From the IMG/VR virus record IMGVR_UViG_3300011258_000154, positions 1-50,366 of that record: 50,366 bases of DNA; one strand, given 5' to 3'. The position numbers were made by a program, and so were the translations under genes. The notes under the pieces are model-generated. The model saw only the letters and a program-made list of their open reading frames with translations. It ran no database searches and had not been told where the DNA came from. Origin of the DNA: a virus (lineage: Duplodnaviria; Caudoviricetes). Shown piece by piece: positions 9,586-19,525 of the stretch. Each line of letters opens with the position of its first letter. Positions within the stretch are counted from its first letter, which is position 1.

Positions 9586-10806
9586 TTATATCTCCTTTGA
9601 TTTGTAAAGTATTGACCAGTCTGACTTCTTGCAGAGCAATCCGACAGACCAACAAATCGGCTCTAAGATTTTCCTGTATACTTTACCTAAGTAATCAGGC
9701 TTATCTCTTTCACCATAAATATACGCAATCTCGTTAGCCCTGTGTCCTGCGACATGCTTCCAGAACTTAACGAACTTACCTTTACGCATTTGTTTAACCA
9801 TCCACACTGCCCAGACATGGTAGCCCCTGACATGTGTTGGCGTTAGGTAATCTCTTGTAAATTTGTAATCAAGTAGCACATGCTTTTTGTCCATTATCCC
9901 CTGACGCATAAGCTCATTGCAGATAACTCGACCACCTAATGCACCGCCTAATATTGCGCCTACTGGACCTAAAAGACTACCAACCATACTTTCGGGTTTA
10001 AAGAAACTACTAGCTATTGCAGATCCTAAATATTTTCCTACTCCTGAACCTACGGCTCTTTTTGCGGCTTGCTTAGGTTTCTCACCTGCCAACAAAGATG
10101 CACCGAATACGCCAAGACCTACTCCCAGAGCTTGTCCACCTTCACCGCTGAAAACACTTCCAGACCTTGCTGTAGTGTCAGGTTTTGATTTAAGACTTAC
10201 ACCAATTTCACTATATCTTTCTGGATTAGCCTGAATTGCCTTAAAAGCCGCACTACCGCCCTCAATAACTCCAGACTCATTTGCTCCACCTAATTTAGAA
10301 AGTTCTTGTGTTAAAAGTCTTTGTCTAGCAGTTTCAGGATTTTTAAGTATATCACGAAAACTTGATGAATAAAGATCTCCCTCTAAATAGCCTTTAGGAG
10401 TTTTATTAGAGCTAAACATATCGCCAACAGCACTTGACGTTTTATCAAGGAAATTACCACCAGATTGACTTCCATAAGAATCTAGAAAAGTCTTAGCTAC
10501 TAAAGGTGCGCCCACACTTACGGCTGTACCAGCAAGAACACTACCCCAACTTGGTAAGTTCGCATTAGGGTTTGTCGCGTTAGCCTGTTGAGCCATTCGC
10601 TCGTATTGATCAACTAATGCCTGTTGATTTGGGTCTGTACTGTCAAACGTGACTTCACCTGTCTGCACCATCTTAACAAACTCAAAAGGATCAACACCTG
10701 ACATTCCGTAATTCATAAGATTACCTGTATAGTCTTGCGACTGTAACTGACCAACTGGAACTGTTGTTGTTATGGGTGCTGTTTCAGGGATGTTTTCAAG
10801 TGCCAT
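9586..10806 (-). CDS. putative internal virion protein with C-terminal VICNEL..GYHVWA domain
   Basis: Gly-zipper hydrophobic segments followed by a basic Cys-containing C-terminal domain; AGGAG RBS. Confidence 0.6.
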   Translation of the reverse strand: MALENIPETAPITTTVPVGQLQSQDYTGNLMNYGMSGVDPFEFVKMVQTGEVTFDSTDPNQQALVDQYERMAQQANATNPNANLPSWGSVLAGTAVSVGAPLVAKTFLDSYGSQSGGNFLDKTSSAVGDMFSSNKTPKGYLEGDLYSSSFRDILKNPETARQRLLTQELSKLGGANESGVIEGGSAAFKAIQANPERYSEIGVSLKSKPDTTARSGSVFSGEGGQALGVGLGVFGASLLAGEKPKQAAKRAVGSGVGKYLGSAIASSFFKPESMVGSLLGPVGAILGGALGGRVICNELMRQGIMDKKHVLLDYKFTRDYLTPTHVRGYHVWAVWMVKQMRKGKFVKFWKHVAGHRANEIAYIYGERDKPDYLGKVYRKILEPICWSVGLLCKKSDWSILYKSKEI

Positions 10807-10815
10807 CGTAATCTC

Positions 10816-11139
10816 CTAGCTTATTTCTAATATACTTGCCACAACGTGTAGCCTATTTGCGGTTGCCGCAGTTACTTTTAGTATTTCACCCTCTTCAACA
10901 ACAAGAGGTGCAGTTAATAATTCTACTGTCGTGTTAGCACCAACAGCCTTAACTTTAAATAAACTAAACACTGCGGCACTTGCATTTGTTATTGTCACAG
11001 TGATCGTATCTGCGTTGCCTGTGTCTTCACTTACCAAAATACTCTTCACAATACTAGTGGTAGCATCAGGCGCAGTGTATAAAGTTGTGACACTTGTAGA
11101 TGTAAGGTCTAATTTTGCATTTTTATAATTATTTGCCAT
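10816..11139 (-). CDS. small beta-rich structural protein
   Basis: MANNYKNAKLDLTSTSVTTLYTAP...; start moved to ATG 11139, which overlaps the upstream stop (TAATG). Confidence 0.7.
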   Translation of the reverse strand: MANNYKNAKLDLTSTSVTTLYTAPDATTSIVKSILVSEDTGNADTITVTITNASAAVFSLFKVKAVGANTTVELLTAPLVVEEGEILKVTAATANRLHVVASILEIS

Positions 11140-11318
11140 TACCCTATAAACCACCCTGCCGCTTCAGCTTTTTCAGCCGCGTCTTCAATACCAACACTCT
11201 GAGCAAAGTAAGCCGCCTGACGCTCTAGCTCTATAGTGTTTATTAATCTCCCCATGTAACTCTGATTATATTCATTAGGAGCTTGGGGTAATCTCATTAA
11301 TTGTGTAGGTGCGCTCAT
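11139..11318 (-). CDS. 59-aa protein downstream of nozzle (not in ORF track)
   Basis: MSAPTQLMRLPQAPNEYNQSYMGRLINTIELERQ...AGWFIG*; ATGA and TAATG overlaps on both sides. Confidence 0.75.
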   Translation of the reverse strand: MSAPTQLMRLPQAPNEYNQSYMGRLINTIELERQAAYFAQSVGIEDAAEKAEAAGWFIG

Positions 11319-13423
11319 CTTAAACCATCCACTTTTGCGTTAATTCTAAATGTACCCATCGACCAATCATCAGCCGTTCCAGTGCTGTAAAATTTAATTG
11401 CTATCTGGCGACCCTTTGCCCGTGTCGATACTTTCTGTGTTGAACTTGTTATTGTAAACGGCCCCTTCGTAACCTCGGTAGAATTAGGATATTTACGAGT
11501 ATTAAGATCTACATAAAGATTTGTATCAGAAGTCATTGTAACATCTGGAATTACTTTATCGACTAAATATAGATTTTCACCATCTTGAGTTATTTCACGG
11601 GGGGATGATTCGACATACGCACTCATAGCAGAACCATCTGCCGAAGTTCCAGTTTCGTGATTGTAAAGATAACCGCTAGGATCAAAGGCAAATGGAACTT
11701 TCCTAAACCCAAAGCTATCTAGCCAAGCTGTCCTATCCATTGCTCCAATAGACCAAGCATTCTCAAGGTAGTTAAACGTCACATAAGAATCTGGCTCTGG
11801 GTTTTCAGTTCCTGCGGAATTATCATTACTCACATAAAACCACGTTACTTCTTTAAATTTTTTATTGTGAGCCACAATTGTTTTATCAATAAAGTCTCTC
11901 TGCAATCTATCAAATACAAAATACTGAACTGAACATGGTATTTCTTTTACGACACCATCATAAGTAAAGAAGTTATTTCTACCCATCCAATAAACATTGC
12001 CGTCTATGTTAATCATTGTGTTAATACCTGCCGCACCTGCATTGGTCGCCAGTAGCCTGAAACTAAATATAAATGGAGGGCCAACAAACGTCATACCATA
12101 AATAGCTTCGTCTGTGGATATAATAGTTTCTTCACGGGATGAAACCATAGTAATAACTTTTGTACCAATCTGAAGTCTTTGATCGCCTGCCGTATTTGTT
12201 GCAGTTGGCCCCCACTTAGTAAAATCTTCTTGAGTAGACCACCTGACAAGCATCGGATCAAAAGTTCCTGAACTGTAATCTGAACAGCCACCTGCAATAT
12301 AGTGTCTATCTGGAAAGCTAATTGTACTCACTCTAACTTTAGCAGGAACACTGTCTGCACCACTTTCAGCGGAAACCAATGACGCTCTTGTACTTGGCCC
12401 ACTTGATGTATCCCAGTAATATAAAGCACCACCTCGAACAGTCGCTATGAGGTCTTCACCCCATAAATCTAAATCCCAAGATGAGTTTTCTAGTGATATG
12501 TCTGCCTCAGACTCCGCTCTAGGAGTACCCCAAGTAGATTCACCCCAACCACCTGCGCCCCAACCGAGGGCAGGAGTTGCTGATTGTGCGCCCAATCCTG
12601 CATCAGAACCTATTAAATAAGTAAAGACGGCAACTAGCCCACCTCCTGTAGCCGTACTACTTGCCGCTGAATCCAACGTAATCGTGTATGTATTAGCTGT
12701 TAAAAGTGTTATTTGGTATCCAGCTTTCCTATTTAAAATTTCAGTAGAAACCCCACCGACTGCTGTTGCGCCACTTATAACAACAAAGTCTCCGTCTTTA
12801 GCTCCGTGAGCATTGTCTGTAATTGTAACTGTCGTTGTTCCATTTGTAGCTATTGGATTAATTAACACTCTAACAATAGCGGTTGCATCGCTGTGAGTTG
12901 CGGCTGAGGTAGAATTTGTTCCGCGTGTGCAACCTGTTAAATCAGAACCACTAATTCCTGTGTAGGTTATTATCTCGTCATCCACTTTAAATGCGCCTGC
13001 CGTTGGAAAGCCTGACACAGATACAAGAGTAATAGTTGTTTCGCTGTTGTCTAAAGCCTCACCTAAAACGCCTGTCTGAGCAGATGTATCTCTAGCAGGT
13101 GTTATATCGTAAAGAGAGCTATCTTGAATTATGTAAAGGTGATTATTAGTGCCGACAGCTATTCTGTCTTCCCCATCCGTAATAGATCTCCAGAAAACCA
13201 TTTTACGAGCTATGCCTTGAATAGTAGTTTCTGTATTTGTTGTACTTCCATCGGCTGTTAAGGCTGTTATTGTATCTTTAACCCAACCACCTATTTTAGT
13301 TGGGTATCCATTTTTAAAACGAATTAAATTACTGTCCACCCAGAACGGCCCATTCTTTCCTGCCGAATACTCAGTAATGTCTTTTACAACACCTGGTTTA
13401 AATTGTAATAATTGTAGTGTCAT
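11315..13423 (-). CDS. tail nozzle / DNA stabilisation protein (P22 gp10-like role)
   Basis: 702 aa beta-rich protein with Trp repeats, VRWSTQED and RAKGRQIA motifs; position between tail fibre/lysis and ejection genes. Confidence 0.7.
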   Translation of the reverse strand: MTLQLLQFKPGVVKDITEYSAGKNGPFWVDSNLIRFKNGYPTKIGGWVKDTITALTADGSTTNTETTIQGIARKMVFWRSITDGEDRIAVGTNNHLYIIQDSSLYDITPARDTSAQTGVLGEALDNSETTITLVSVSGFPTAGAFKVDDEIITYTGISGSDLTGCTRGTNSTSAATHSDATAIVRVLINPIATNGTTTVTITDNAHGAKDGDFVVISGATAVGGVSTEILNRKAGYQITLLTANTYTITLDSAASSTATGGGLVAVFTYLIGSDAGLGAQSATPALGWGAGGWGESTWGTPRAESEADISLENSSWDLDLWGEDLIATVRGGALYYWDTSSGPSTRASLVSAESGADSVPAKVRVSTISFPDRHYIAGGCSDYSSGTFDPMLVRWSTQEDFTKWGPTATNTAGDQRLQIGTKVITMVSSREETIISTDEAIYGMTFVGPPFIFSFRLLATNAGAAGINTMINIDGNVYWMGRNNFFTYDGVVKEIPCSVQYFVFDRLQRDFIDKTIVAHNKKFKEVTWFYVSNDNSAGTENPEPDSYVTFNYLENAWSIGAMDRTAWLDSFGFRKVPFAFDPSGYLYNHETGTSADGSAMSAYVESSPREITQDGENLYLVDKVIPDVTMTSDTNLYVDLNTRKYPNSTEVTKGPFTITSSTQKVSTRAKGRQIAIKFYSTGTADDWSMGTFRINAKVDGLR

Positions 13424-13425
13424 AT

Positions 13426-13938
13426 TTAATCCATCATATCCAGTGCGGCTTCTAGTGTCTCTTTATTTCTTCGTGACCAACCTCGGCCAAATGTATCGAA
13501 TGTACTTAACCCTTCGTAGAATGCCTGTCTCTCATGGTAAAGTTTTTCTATTAAATCTTCCGCAGAACAATTACTAACCAAGCCAAGTGTAGCAGGCCCG
13601 ATAGCCCCATCTTGATCTGCGCCAACAATTTTCTGCAAAGCCTTAGCCACTCTGCCTGATCCTGAGTTTACAGCCCAATCAAAAACAGCAAAGTCTAATC
13701 CGGAATCAAGTGAATTACATTTACACCGATCCCAGTAATTACGCTTGTAGATTAGGGCGACATCTTCTTTTGTAAGGTCGCGCATTTCTTGCTCAGACAC
13801 TTCACGCTCAACCCAATCTTCGTATACTTTCTTAGTAACTCCTAGATTAGTAATGCCACCAGGATCATCTGGGTGGTTAACAAAACCGCCCTCATGCTCC
13901 AAAAGCATTTCTAGAGAGTGATCGTAATTCTTATTCAT
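13426..13938 (-). CDS. endolysin, glycoside hydrolase family 108 with PG-binding domain
   Basis: HEGGFVNHPDDPGGITNLGVT catalytic motif, FDWAVNSG, DGAIGPATL, FGRGWSRR. Confidence 0.93.
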   Translation of the reverse strand: MNKNYDHSLEMLLEHEGGFVNHPDDPGGITNLGVTKKVYEDWVEREVSEQEMRDLTKEDVALIYKRNYWDRCKCNSLDSGLDFAVFDWAVNSGSGRVAKALQKIVGADQDGAIGPATLGLVSNCSAEDLIEKLYHERQAFYEGLSTFDTFGRGWSRRNKETLEAALDMMD

Positions 13939-14399
13939 TATACTTTCCTTGCTTTATCGATAGCCCTTGACCCAAACCAGAAAGCTAGAATAGCCGCAAA
14001 TATTCCTTTTGTTTCATCATCCCATAAAACTTGTATGGCCTCGGCAAAATTAGTTCCAGACTTTAGAGCTTCCATAAGTAGTGTTATTTCAATAGTCGCA
14101 AACAAAAGAAAGAATGCGTATGTGATTACAGGACGCACAGATTTTTGCAATCCAGCTATAAAGCCTACACCCTTATTAATAGATATATCATGTTGGATAA
14201 GTCGATCATGTTCTTTGTCGGCTCCCATCGTTTCATACATTTTAAGATCTTGATCGTAGCCAGAAGCTCTTAGCTCTGCCATAGCTTTCATCTTATCTAA
14301 TTCATGCTTATTGTCTTGTTTCCTAGCAAATGAATCTGTAATTGCTGGAACGGCTGAACTTGCAAAACCTAAGACTGTTCCTAGTATTGATAGCATCAT
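13938..14399 (-). CDS. holin-like membrane protein
   Basis: SVRPVITY and AFWFGSR motifs, TM segments, basic C-terminus, adjacent to endolysin. Confidence 0.7.
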   Translation of the reverse strand: MMLSILGTVLGFASSAVPAITDSFARKQDNKHELDKMKAMAELRASGYDQDLKMYETMGADKEHDRLIQHDISINKGVGFIAGLQKSVRPVITYAFFLLFATIEITLLMEALKSGTNFAEAIQVLWDDETKGIFAAILAFWFGSRAIDKARKV

Positions 14400-14408
14400 A
14401 TTCCCTCC

Positions 14409-14732
14409 CTATTTCATTTTGGTTTTAGATATTGCGGAACCTGTTATGTATGCCGCAACAATACCAGTATTAGCAATTAAAAATGTAGACAGTACAGGCG
14501 ATATAGATTCCATTCTGTCTAAAGAAACTATAGGCAGTAACAACAACGCCACTGCTACAATTGAAACAGCCATAGAAATTATTGCCATTAAGCGTTGCGT
14601 ATCAGCTTGATTGTCTTCATTTTCTAAGCGCACAAAAAAAGCATGTTTTGACATTTCACTGTCTGTAATTACTCCATCCCCATCAGCATCCGCTACTGCG
14701 TACTTGCTATCTGTTTGAAGTTTCTTCGTCAT
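14409..14732 (-). CDS. two-TM membrane protein with EF-hand-like loop
   Basis: DADGDGVITDSE 12-residue loop followed by two hydrophobic helices. Confidence 0.65.
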   Translation of the reverse strand: MTKKLQTDSKYAVADADGDGVITDSEMSKHAFFVRLENEDNQADTQRLMAIISMAVSIVAVALLLLPIVSLDRMESISPVLSTFLIANTGIVAAYITGSAISKTKMK

Positions 14733-14894
14733 TTACATTCTCCAGAGCATACCTGCAAGAAGAACAATCATAGTTCCTGCACTTCCTATGAGTATAGCCT
14801 CAATTCTTTTTATTCTCAAAATTGTTTCTTTCCATCTCTCTTCAAGTTGGACTTCTACAACTGTAACTCTTTTATCCAAATCTACCATTTTCAT
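14733..14894 (-). CDS. 53-aa coiled-coil plus C-terminal TM protein (XhlA-like architecture; not in ORF track)
   Basis: MKMVDLDKRVTVVEVQLEERWKETILRIKRIEAILIGSAGTMIVLLAGMLWRM*; GGAG RBS. Confidence 0.7.
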   Translation of the reverse strand: MKMVDLDKRVTVVEVQLEERWKETILRIKRIEAILIGSAGTMIVLLAGMLWRM

Positions 14895-14909
14895 TAATAC
14901 TCTCCATTC

Positions 14910-15257
14910 TTACGACCATGATTGTGATGATTCATCCCATACATAAGATCTATCATTTGAAGGAAGAGCCACGGGAGCTTCCCATATACATGTAGTCTCA
15001 TTTAATACCCAAGAAGGATATGGCTTCGGTTCTATAAACGCATCTCTAACTGTATCATAAGTGAAACCTATACCAGCGTAATTCTTACGAATATTACCAT
15101 TGTAAGATGTTTGCACCCAAGTACCGCCTAAAAGATCCGCACAATATTGCGCTCCTACTGCCTCTGATTCATTTCCATCTTTATCAAGAATATCACTATT
15201 ATTAACAACAATCACTTGCGTTACTAATCCGCTTTCTATTTTTGCAAAATGAGCCAT
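14910..15257 (-). CDS. tail-fibre-associated small protein
   Basis: MAHFAKI..WVQTSYNGNIRKNYAGIGFTYD..DAFI.PKPYPSW.LNE.TC.WEAPV; follows the Gly-rich tail gene. Confidence 0.75.
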   Translation of the reverse strand: MAHFAKIESGLVTQVIVVNNSDILDKDGNESEAVGAQYCADLLGGTWVQTSYNGNIRKNYAGIGFTYDTVRDAFIEPKPYPSWVLNETTCIWEAPVALPSNDRSYVWDESSQSWS

Positions 15258-15268
15258 GTATTCCCCTA

Positions 15269-16222
15269 TTAATTCTGGAATTTATACCTAATAACAACAA
15301 TGCCAGATCCACCGTTAAATGTTCCGTTACTTAAACGTGGGCCGCCACCGCCACCGCCTGTATTAGCCCCACCTGAACTACCTCCATTTGCACCGCCACC
15401 TCTGCCATCTGAGCCATCGCCTCCACCACCGTTACCGCCTTCACCGCCACCGTTTGAAGCTCCTTCACCGCAACCGCCACCGCCACCTGCGTAGTATGTT
15501 CCGTTAAGCCATTGTAAGCCAACTCCACCATCACCACCCTCAGATGAGCTTCCGTTTGTTCCTACTGCGCCAGCCCCACCGCCACCGCCTGCGATACCAT
15601 CACCGTGACCACTACCACCGTTATTACCTTGTCCTGAAGTACCTGACCCTGGACTACCATTATTCGCTGAAGCTCCACCACCCGAACCTCCATTACCACC
15701 ATTTCGATTATTCCATGATGAACCGTGACCACCGCCAGTTGATGTTGTTCCTAAACCAACAGAATTTGAACCTTGCGCTCCTACATTGCTGTTACCAGTA
15801 GCTCCTCCACCAATAGTAATAGTATGGCCAGACGCGGAGGGTGTGGCTCCAGTAATAGCTTGATAACCACCTGCCCCTGCTCCTGAAGAGTTATCATTAC
15901 CCGAACTGCCACCACCAGCGACTACAACATAATCTACATTGCCTGATGCGGCATTACCTTGCGTATTAACTGTAAATGTTCCTGACCCTGTAAAGGTGTG
16001 GTATTTGTAGTCACCTGATGTACTTTCTGTACCACCACTGGCCGCATAGTAAGTAACTGCGGATTTACCATACCCATCAGACATATCAATAGCACCAGAG
16101 GAAACATCAAACAAATCACGCACGGCAGTACTGCCCATATTGATTGTGGCTGTTGCTGTGTTATCAAGTTCTACATTTACTTGTTGTAAAGATATAGGGT
16201 TTCCTGCTGATGGTAATGCCAT
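15269..16222 (-). CDS. glycine-rich tail fibre/tip protein
   Basis: YKYHTFTGSGTF, VVAGGG, YYAGGGGG, NTGGGGGG, GGSGIVVIRY motifs. Confidence 0.8.
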   Translation of the reverse strand: MALPSAGNPISLQQVNVELDNTATATINMGSTAVRDLFDVSSGAIDMSDGYGKSAVTYYAASGGTESTSGDYKYHTFTGSGTFTVNTQGNAASGNVDYVVVAGGGSSGNDNSSGAGAGGYQAITGATPSASGHTITIGGGATGNSNVGAQGSNSVGLGTTSTGGGHGSSWNNRNGGNGGSGGGASANNGSPGSGTSGQGNNGGSGHGDGIAGGGGGAGAVGTNGSSSEGGDGGVGLQWLNGTYYAGGGGGCGEGASNGGGEGGNGGGGDGSDGRGGGANGGSSGGANTGGGGGGPRLSNGTFNGGSGIVVIRYKFQN

Positions 16223-16225
16223 GTT

Positions 16226-17833
16226 TTATCTCGCTTTCAATTCTTCAATCTCAGCTTTTAGTTCTTTAATCGCTTCAATTAAGTAACCAGTGATATTGCC
16301 GTAGTTTACACTTAGTGTACCCATTTCATCATCTGCGGTGAGTACAAGTTCTGGTGCTATCTTCTGTAATTCTTGAGCGATGACACCTGATGAATCTTTG
16401 CCTGTTTCATTACGCACATAATGCACACCTCTCATCTCGCTTACTTTAGATAGGGCATCTGGGATTGTGGTTATGTTAGATTTCAAGCGTTCATCAGAGA
16501 AAGCAGTAACATCGTTGTTGAATGTTGCGGCTCCTGCCGCTGACATATCTAGTGTCAGGGCTGTGATTGTTGAGCCACCATCATTACCTTTAAAAAGCAA
16601 GTCTTTATCAGAAACTGCACTCTGAATAACAAAATTACTAGCACTATTAGCAAGATAAGCTATTCCCGTACCATCATCTAAGATAGTGATATTACCGCCC
16701 CCTGCATCAATGTTTATCTCTCCAGCGACATCAAGGGTAAGATTGCCAGAACTTAGACCAATAGTAGTTCCATCAATATTGAAGTTATCAATGTCAATGC
16801 CAGCGTCTGCGGTTATTTTTCCGTTAAATGTAGCCGCACCAGCTTCTGACATATCTAGTGTCAGGGCAGTAATAGCTGACCCACCATCGTTACCCTTAAA
16901 AAGAATATCTTTATCTGAAGCGGCAGTTTGGATGTGGAAGTTACCAGAAGAATTGCTAAGGTGTGCATATTCAGTACCACCATCTTTAAATGTTACGTCT
17001 CCGCTATCAGCATCAAGGTTAATAGTACCAGCTACATCAAGGGTAAGATTGCCAGAACTTAGACCAATAGTAGTTCCGTCGATGTTGATGTTGTCTATGT
17101 CTATACCTGCGTCTGCTGTAATCTTACCTGCGGATACAATAGTTCCTGAGTTAGTAAAGTTACCAACCACATCAATTAAAGTGGCAGTAAGCTCAATTTC
17201 ATCTGTTGCCGCAATATCAAGCACTGTAGCACTAGCACCTTGTATGAATTGACTTGCATCATTAAAGCATAATTTATTAGTGCTATTAAGAGTTAATCCT
17301 GTTCCATCTGTGTGCGTTAAAGTGGTATCTGTATCTGCACCAAAACCAAGAACTGCTGAGTCTGATTTTAAAGTAAGATCATCATCAACCTGAAGATCCA
17401 CAACAGACAAAGTAGAAAAAGCATCTATAACAGCCGCGCCAGAGCCAGCCCCATCAAGGTAAACAGCTTTTGTTTGCCCTGTGGTAATAGTAACATTAGC
17501 TCCAGAACCTTGCGAAATAATAATGCTTTGAGATCCAGAAGTTGCATTGTGAATAAAGCAAAATTTATTTACTGTATTAGGCCCAATTGTAATTGTACAA
17601 GTGCTGTCAAGAGTTCCTGTATATTTAATAAACAATGCCCTGACAGGGTCAGTTGCACCATCCGCAATTGTTGATGTATGCGTATCGGCATTAGTTGTAA
17701 TAGCTTCTGTGCCGAAACCAAACGCTTCCGCAATTAACTCTAAGTTTGTATTTGTTACTGTACCCCATGACCCAGACTGATCGCCTGTTGCCATCTCATT
17801 GAGCCTGAGGTCATTTACATAGGTACTAGCCAT
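16226..17833 (-). CDS. tail fibre with C-terminal intramolecular chaperone (peptidase S74-type)
   Basis: MASTY..GSWGTVTNTNLELI N-terminal anchor; SDERLKSNI..GVIAQEL..LIEAIKELKAEIEELK chaperone signature. Confidence 0.85.
   Translation of the reverse strand: MASTYVNDLRLNEMATGDQSGSWGTVTNTNLELIAEAFGFGTEAITTNADTHTSTIADGATDPVRALFIKYTGTLDSTCTITIGPNTVNKFCFIHNATSGSQSIIISQGSGANVTITTGQTKAVYLDGAGSGAAVIDAFSTLSVVDLQVDDDLTLKSDSAVLGFGADTDTTLTHTDGTGLTLNSTNKLCFNDASQFIQGASATVLDIAATDEIELTATLIDVVGNFTNSGTIVSAGKITADAGIDIDNINIDGTTIGLSSGNLTLDVAGTINLDADSGDVTFKDGGTEYAHLSNSSGNFHIQTAASDKDILFKGNDGGSAITALTLDMSEAGAATFNGKITADAGIDIDNFNIDGTTIGLSSGNLTLDVAGEINIDAGGGNITILDDGTGIAYLANSASNFVIQSAVSDKDLLFKGNDGGSTITALTLDMSAAGAATFNNDVTAFSDERLKSNITTIPDALSKVSEMRGVHYVRNETGKDSSGVIAQELQKIAPELVLTADDEMGTLSVNYGNITGYLIEAIKELKAEIEELKAR
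16520..17130 (-). repeat. tandem 306-nt (102-aa) duplication inside the tail fibre
   Basis: GKITADAGIDIDN..AGAATFN unit twice; identical 44-mer at 16728-16771 and 17034-17077; outer boundaries approximate. Confidence 0.9.
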
Positions 17834-17834
17834 A

Positions 17835-18254
17835 TTAATCGATCCTTACTATTGCGTTTGCCCCTGCCGCTGGGAAAACAATTTGAAATGTACCGCCTGC
17901 GACTGTGAAGTCACCACCAAAAGCTAATACGGCAATCGCTTTGTTACTATTAGATGAATTATAAATTAAAGCACCATTCGCTGTAAATGTTGCAGAAGTC
18001 CAACTTGGATCAGCCGAGTCAAAGTAAGCTGTAGTGCCACTTGTTGCCACAGCCCTTGATGTTAACTCAACACCCCCAGTTGCATATCCATTACCATTAG
18101 CAACCTCATAAGTAGATGAGTATGCTGTAGTTGCGGCTCCTAAACTAGCAGAACTAGTGTAGAGAGCAATTTTTATTGTATCCGCGACAAGGTCATGCTG
18201 TTCATCTAAAATTTCAGCCTTGAAACTTGTACACATTGCCTGTGAAATAGCCAT
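17835..18254 (-). CDS. virion structural protein
   Basis: MAISQAMCTSFKAEIL..KIALYTSSASLGAATTAY..ANGALIYN; tail module context. Confidence 0.7.
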   Translation of the reverse strand: MAISQAMCTSFKAEILDEQHDLVADTIKIALYTSSASLGAATTAYSSTYEVANGNGYATGGVELTSRAVATSGTTAYFDSADPSWTSATFTANGALIYNSSNSNKAIAVLAFGGDFTVAGGTFQIVFPAAGANAIVRID

Positions 18255-18880
18255 TATATTCCTCCATTGTATTCAGCCGTGTAATCTCTTAGCATTTCTT
18301 GCTGGAATAACTGAGCCGATTCATCGAATTGTTGTTTGTATAAGGTTAACGTATTTGCGTCTTTTAGGAAAGCAGAAGTTTCATACAGGCAAGCCGCCAG
18401 TAAAAGGTTTTCTGCGTGATTGCCTAGCCACGTTGTCGTGTTGCTAGATGTTAAGCCTGCCGCTGGAGCAATAAACTCAGCACTGTAAGCAAGAGTTGCA
18501 TCAGGCGTTGGGGCAAGAGTTATAACAGTTCCTGATGTACCTGCCGAACTCGTACTGTACATTATTGGCGTTCCTTGAGTTGTCGAGTTTGGCCAATAAT
18601 CTCTTAGATAGGAATCTATCCTGTGATCTAAAAAGCTAACAACATTGCTAGACGTTATAGATACATTCCTAATCATTCTTGCACTTGCGATTGTGTATTG
18701 GGAAGTTCCTGCGACAAGATTTGCCGCTGAGGATGTAAACCTAAAACATGGCAAGTTTGGCAACCTTTGAAAAATCATCTCTTCAGCTTGGCTAATGATT
18801 TGATCTATAGATGCCGATAATTCAGAAGAATCATCCTCTGTAAAATTTTGTATATTTGATACTAAAGTTGAATAATTCAT
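18254..18880 (-). CDS. head-tail adaptor/tail tubular-like protein
   Basis: MNYSTLVSNIQNFTE..LAPTPD..TTWLG..LLAACLYE; position in the neck module. Confidence 0.6.
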   Translation of the reverse strand: MNYSTLVSNIQNFTEDDSSELSASIDQIISQAEEMIFQRLPNLPCFRFTSSAANLVAGTSQYTIASARMIRNVSITSSNVVSFLDHRIDSYLRDYWPNSTTQGTPIMYSTSSAGTSGTVITLAPTPDATLAYSAEFIAPAAGLTSSNTTTWLGNHAENLLLAACLYETSAFLKDANTLTLYKQQFDESAQLFQQEMLRDYTAEYNGGI

Positions 18881-19522
18881 TTACTCACCCCATCCTCCTT
18901 CGCCAAATCCTTCTTGGCCCCAACCAAGGACTTGAGGACTTTCAGTTCCTATTGCGCCTGTACCTGCTACTCCAGATTCAGTTATGGAAACGGACATGTT
19001 TCCATCACCACTTTCACCAAATCCTCCTATTGCGCCTGTACCTGCTACTCCTGTTTCAGTTAGTGTTAATACAAAATTTACAGTTCCTATTGCGCCTGTG
19101 CCTGCTATGCCTGTCGCAACAACAGTCGGATTTAGTACAACTGTTCCTATTGCGCCTGTTCCTGCTACCCCACTAACTGTAACTGTAAGATTTATAGTGT
19201 TAATTTCTGCATTTACACCATTTCCAACAGCACCTATACCATTCATTCCAATACCAGGTAGATTTCTAGGATCTACTGTCCAGTCTTGAGTATACCCAAC
19301 AAAGAACGTAAAATTGTCAGGATCATTATCAGGTCTAGGCTGAAATAAAGCTGTCGCATCTATAACATTTTTTGCAGGTGTTAACTGAGGTTGCTTAGGG
19401 TCGTACTCTTCAGGCTCGACACGCAAATTATCCCAAGTCGTTTTAAGGTTTTTGTATTTAACCTTAAAACCACTTATGTCGCTCATCGCATTTGATTTTT
19501 TACCTGATGCGTATCTTGCCAT
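18881..19522 (-). CDS. neck/tail protein with GVAGTGAIG repeats
   Basis: N-terminal SDISGF..EPEEYDPKQPQL..RPD; four G(V/I)AGTGAIG repeats (CCTATTGCGCCTGT recurring on the plus strand). Confidence 0.65.
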   Translation of the reverse strand: MARYASGKKSNAMSDISGFKVKYKNLKTTWDNLRVEPEEYDPKQPQLTPAKNVIDATALFQPRPDNDPDNFTFFVGYTQDWTVDPRNLPGIGMNGIGAVGNGVNAEINTINLTVTVSGVAGTGAIGTVVLNPTVVATGIAGTGAIGTVNFVLTLTETGVAGTGAIGGFGESGDGNMSVSITESGVAGTGAIGTESPQVLGWGQEGFGEGGWGE

Positions 19523-19525
19523 TTC

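Noticed and set aside
15269-16222. Gly-rich GC-skewed stretch as a foreign or repeat element
   Set aside because: Explained by GGN codons of an ordinary glycine-rich tail protein
16520-17130. Tail-fibre duplication as a diversity-generating retroelement TR/VR pair
   Set aside because: Both copies are in-frame coding, differences are not adenine-specific, and no reverse transcriptase is present
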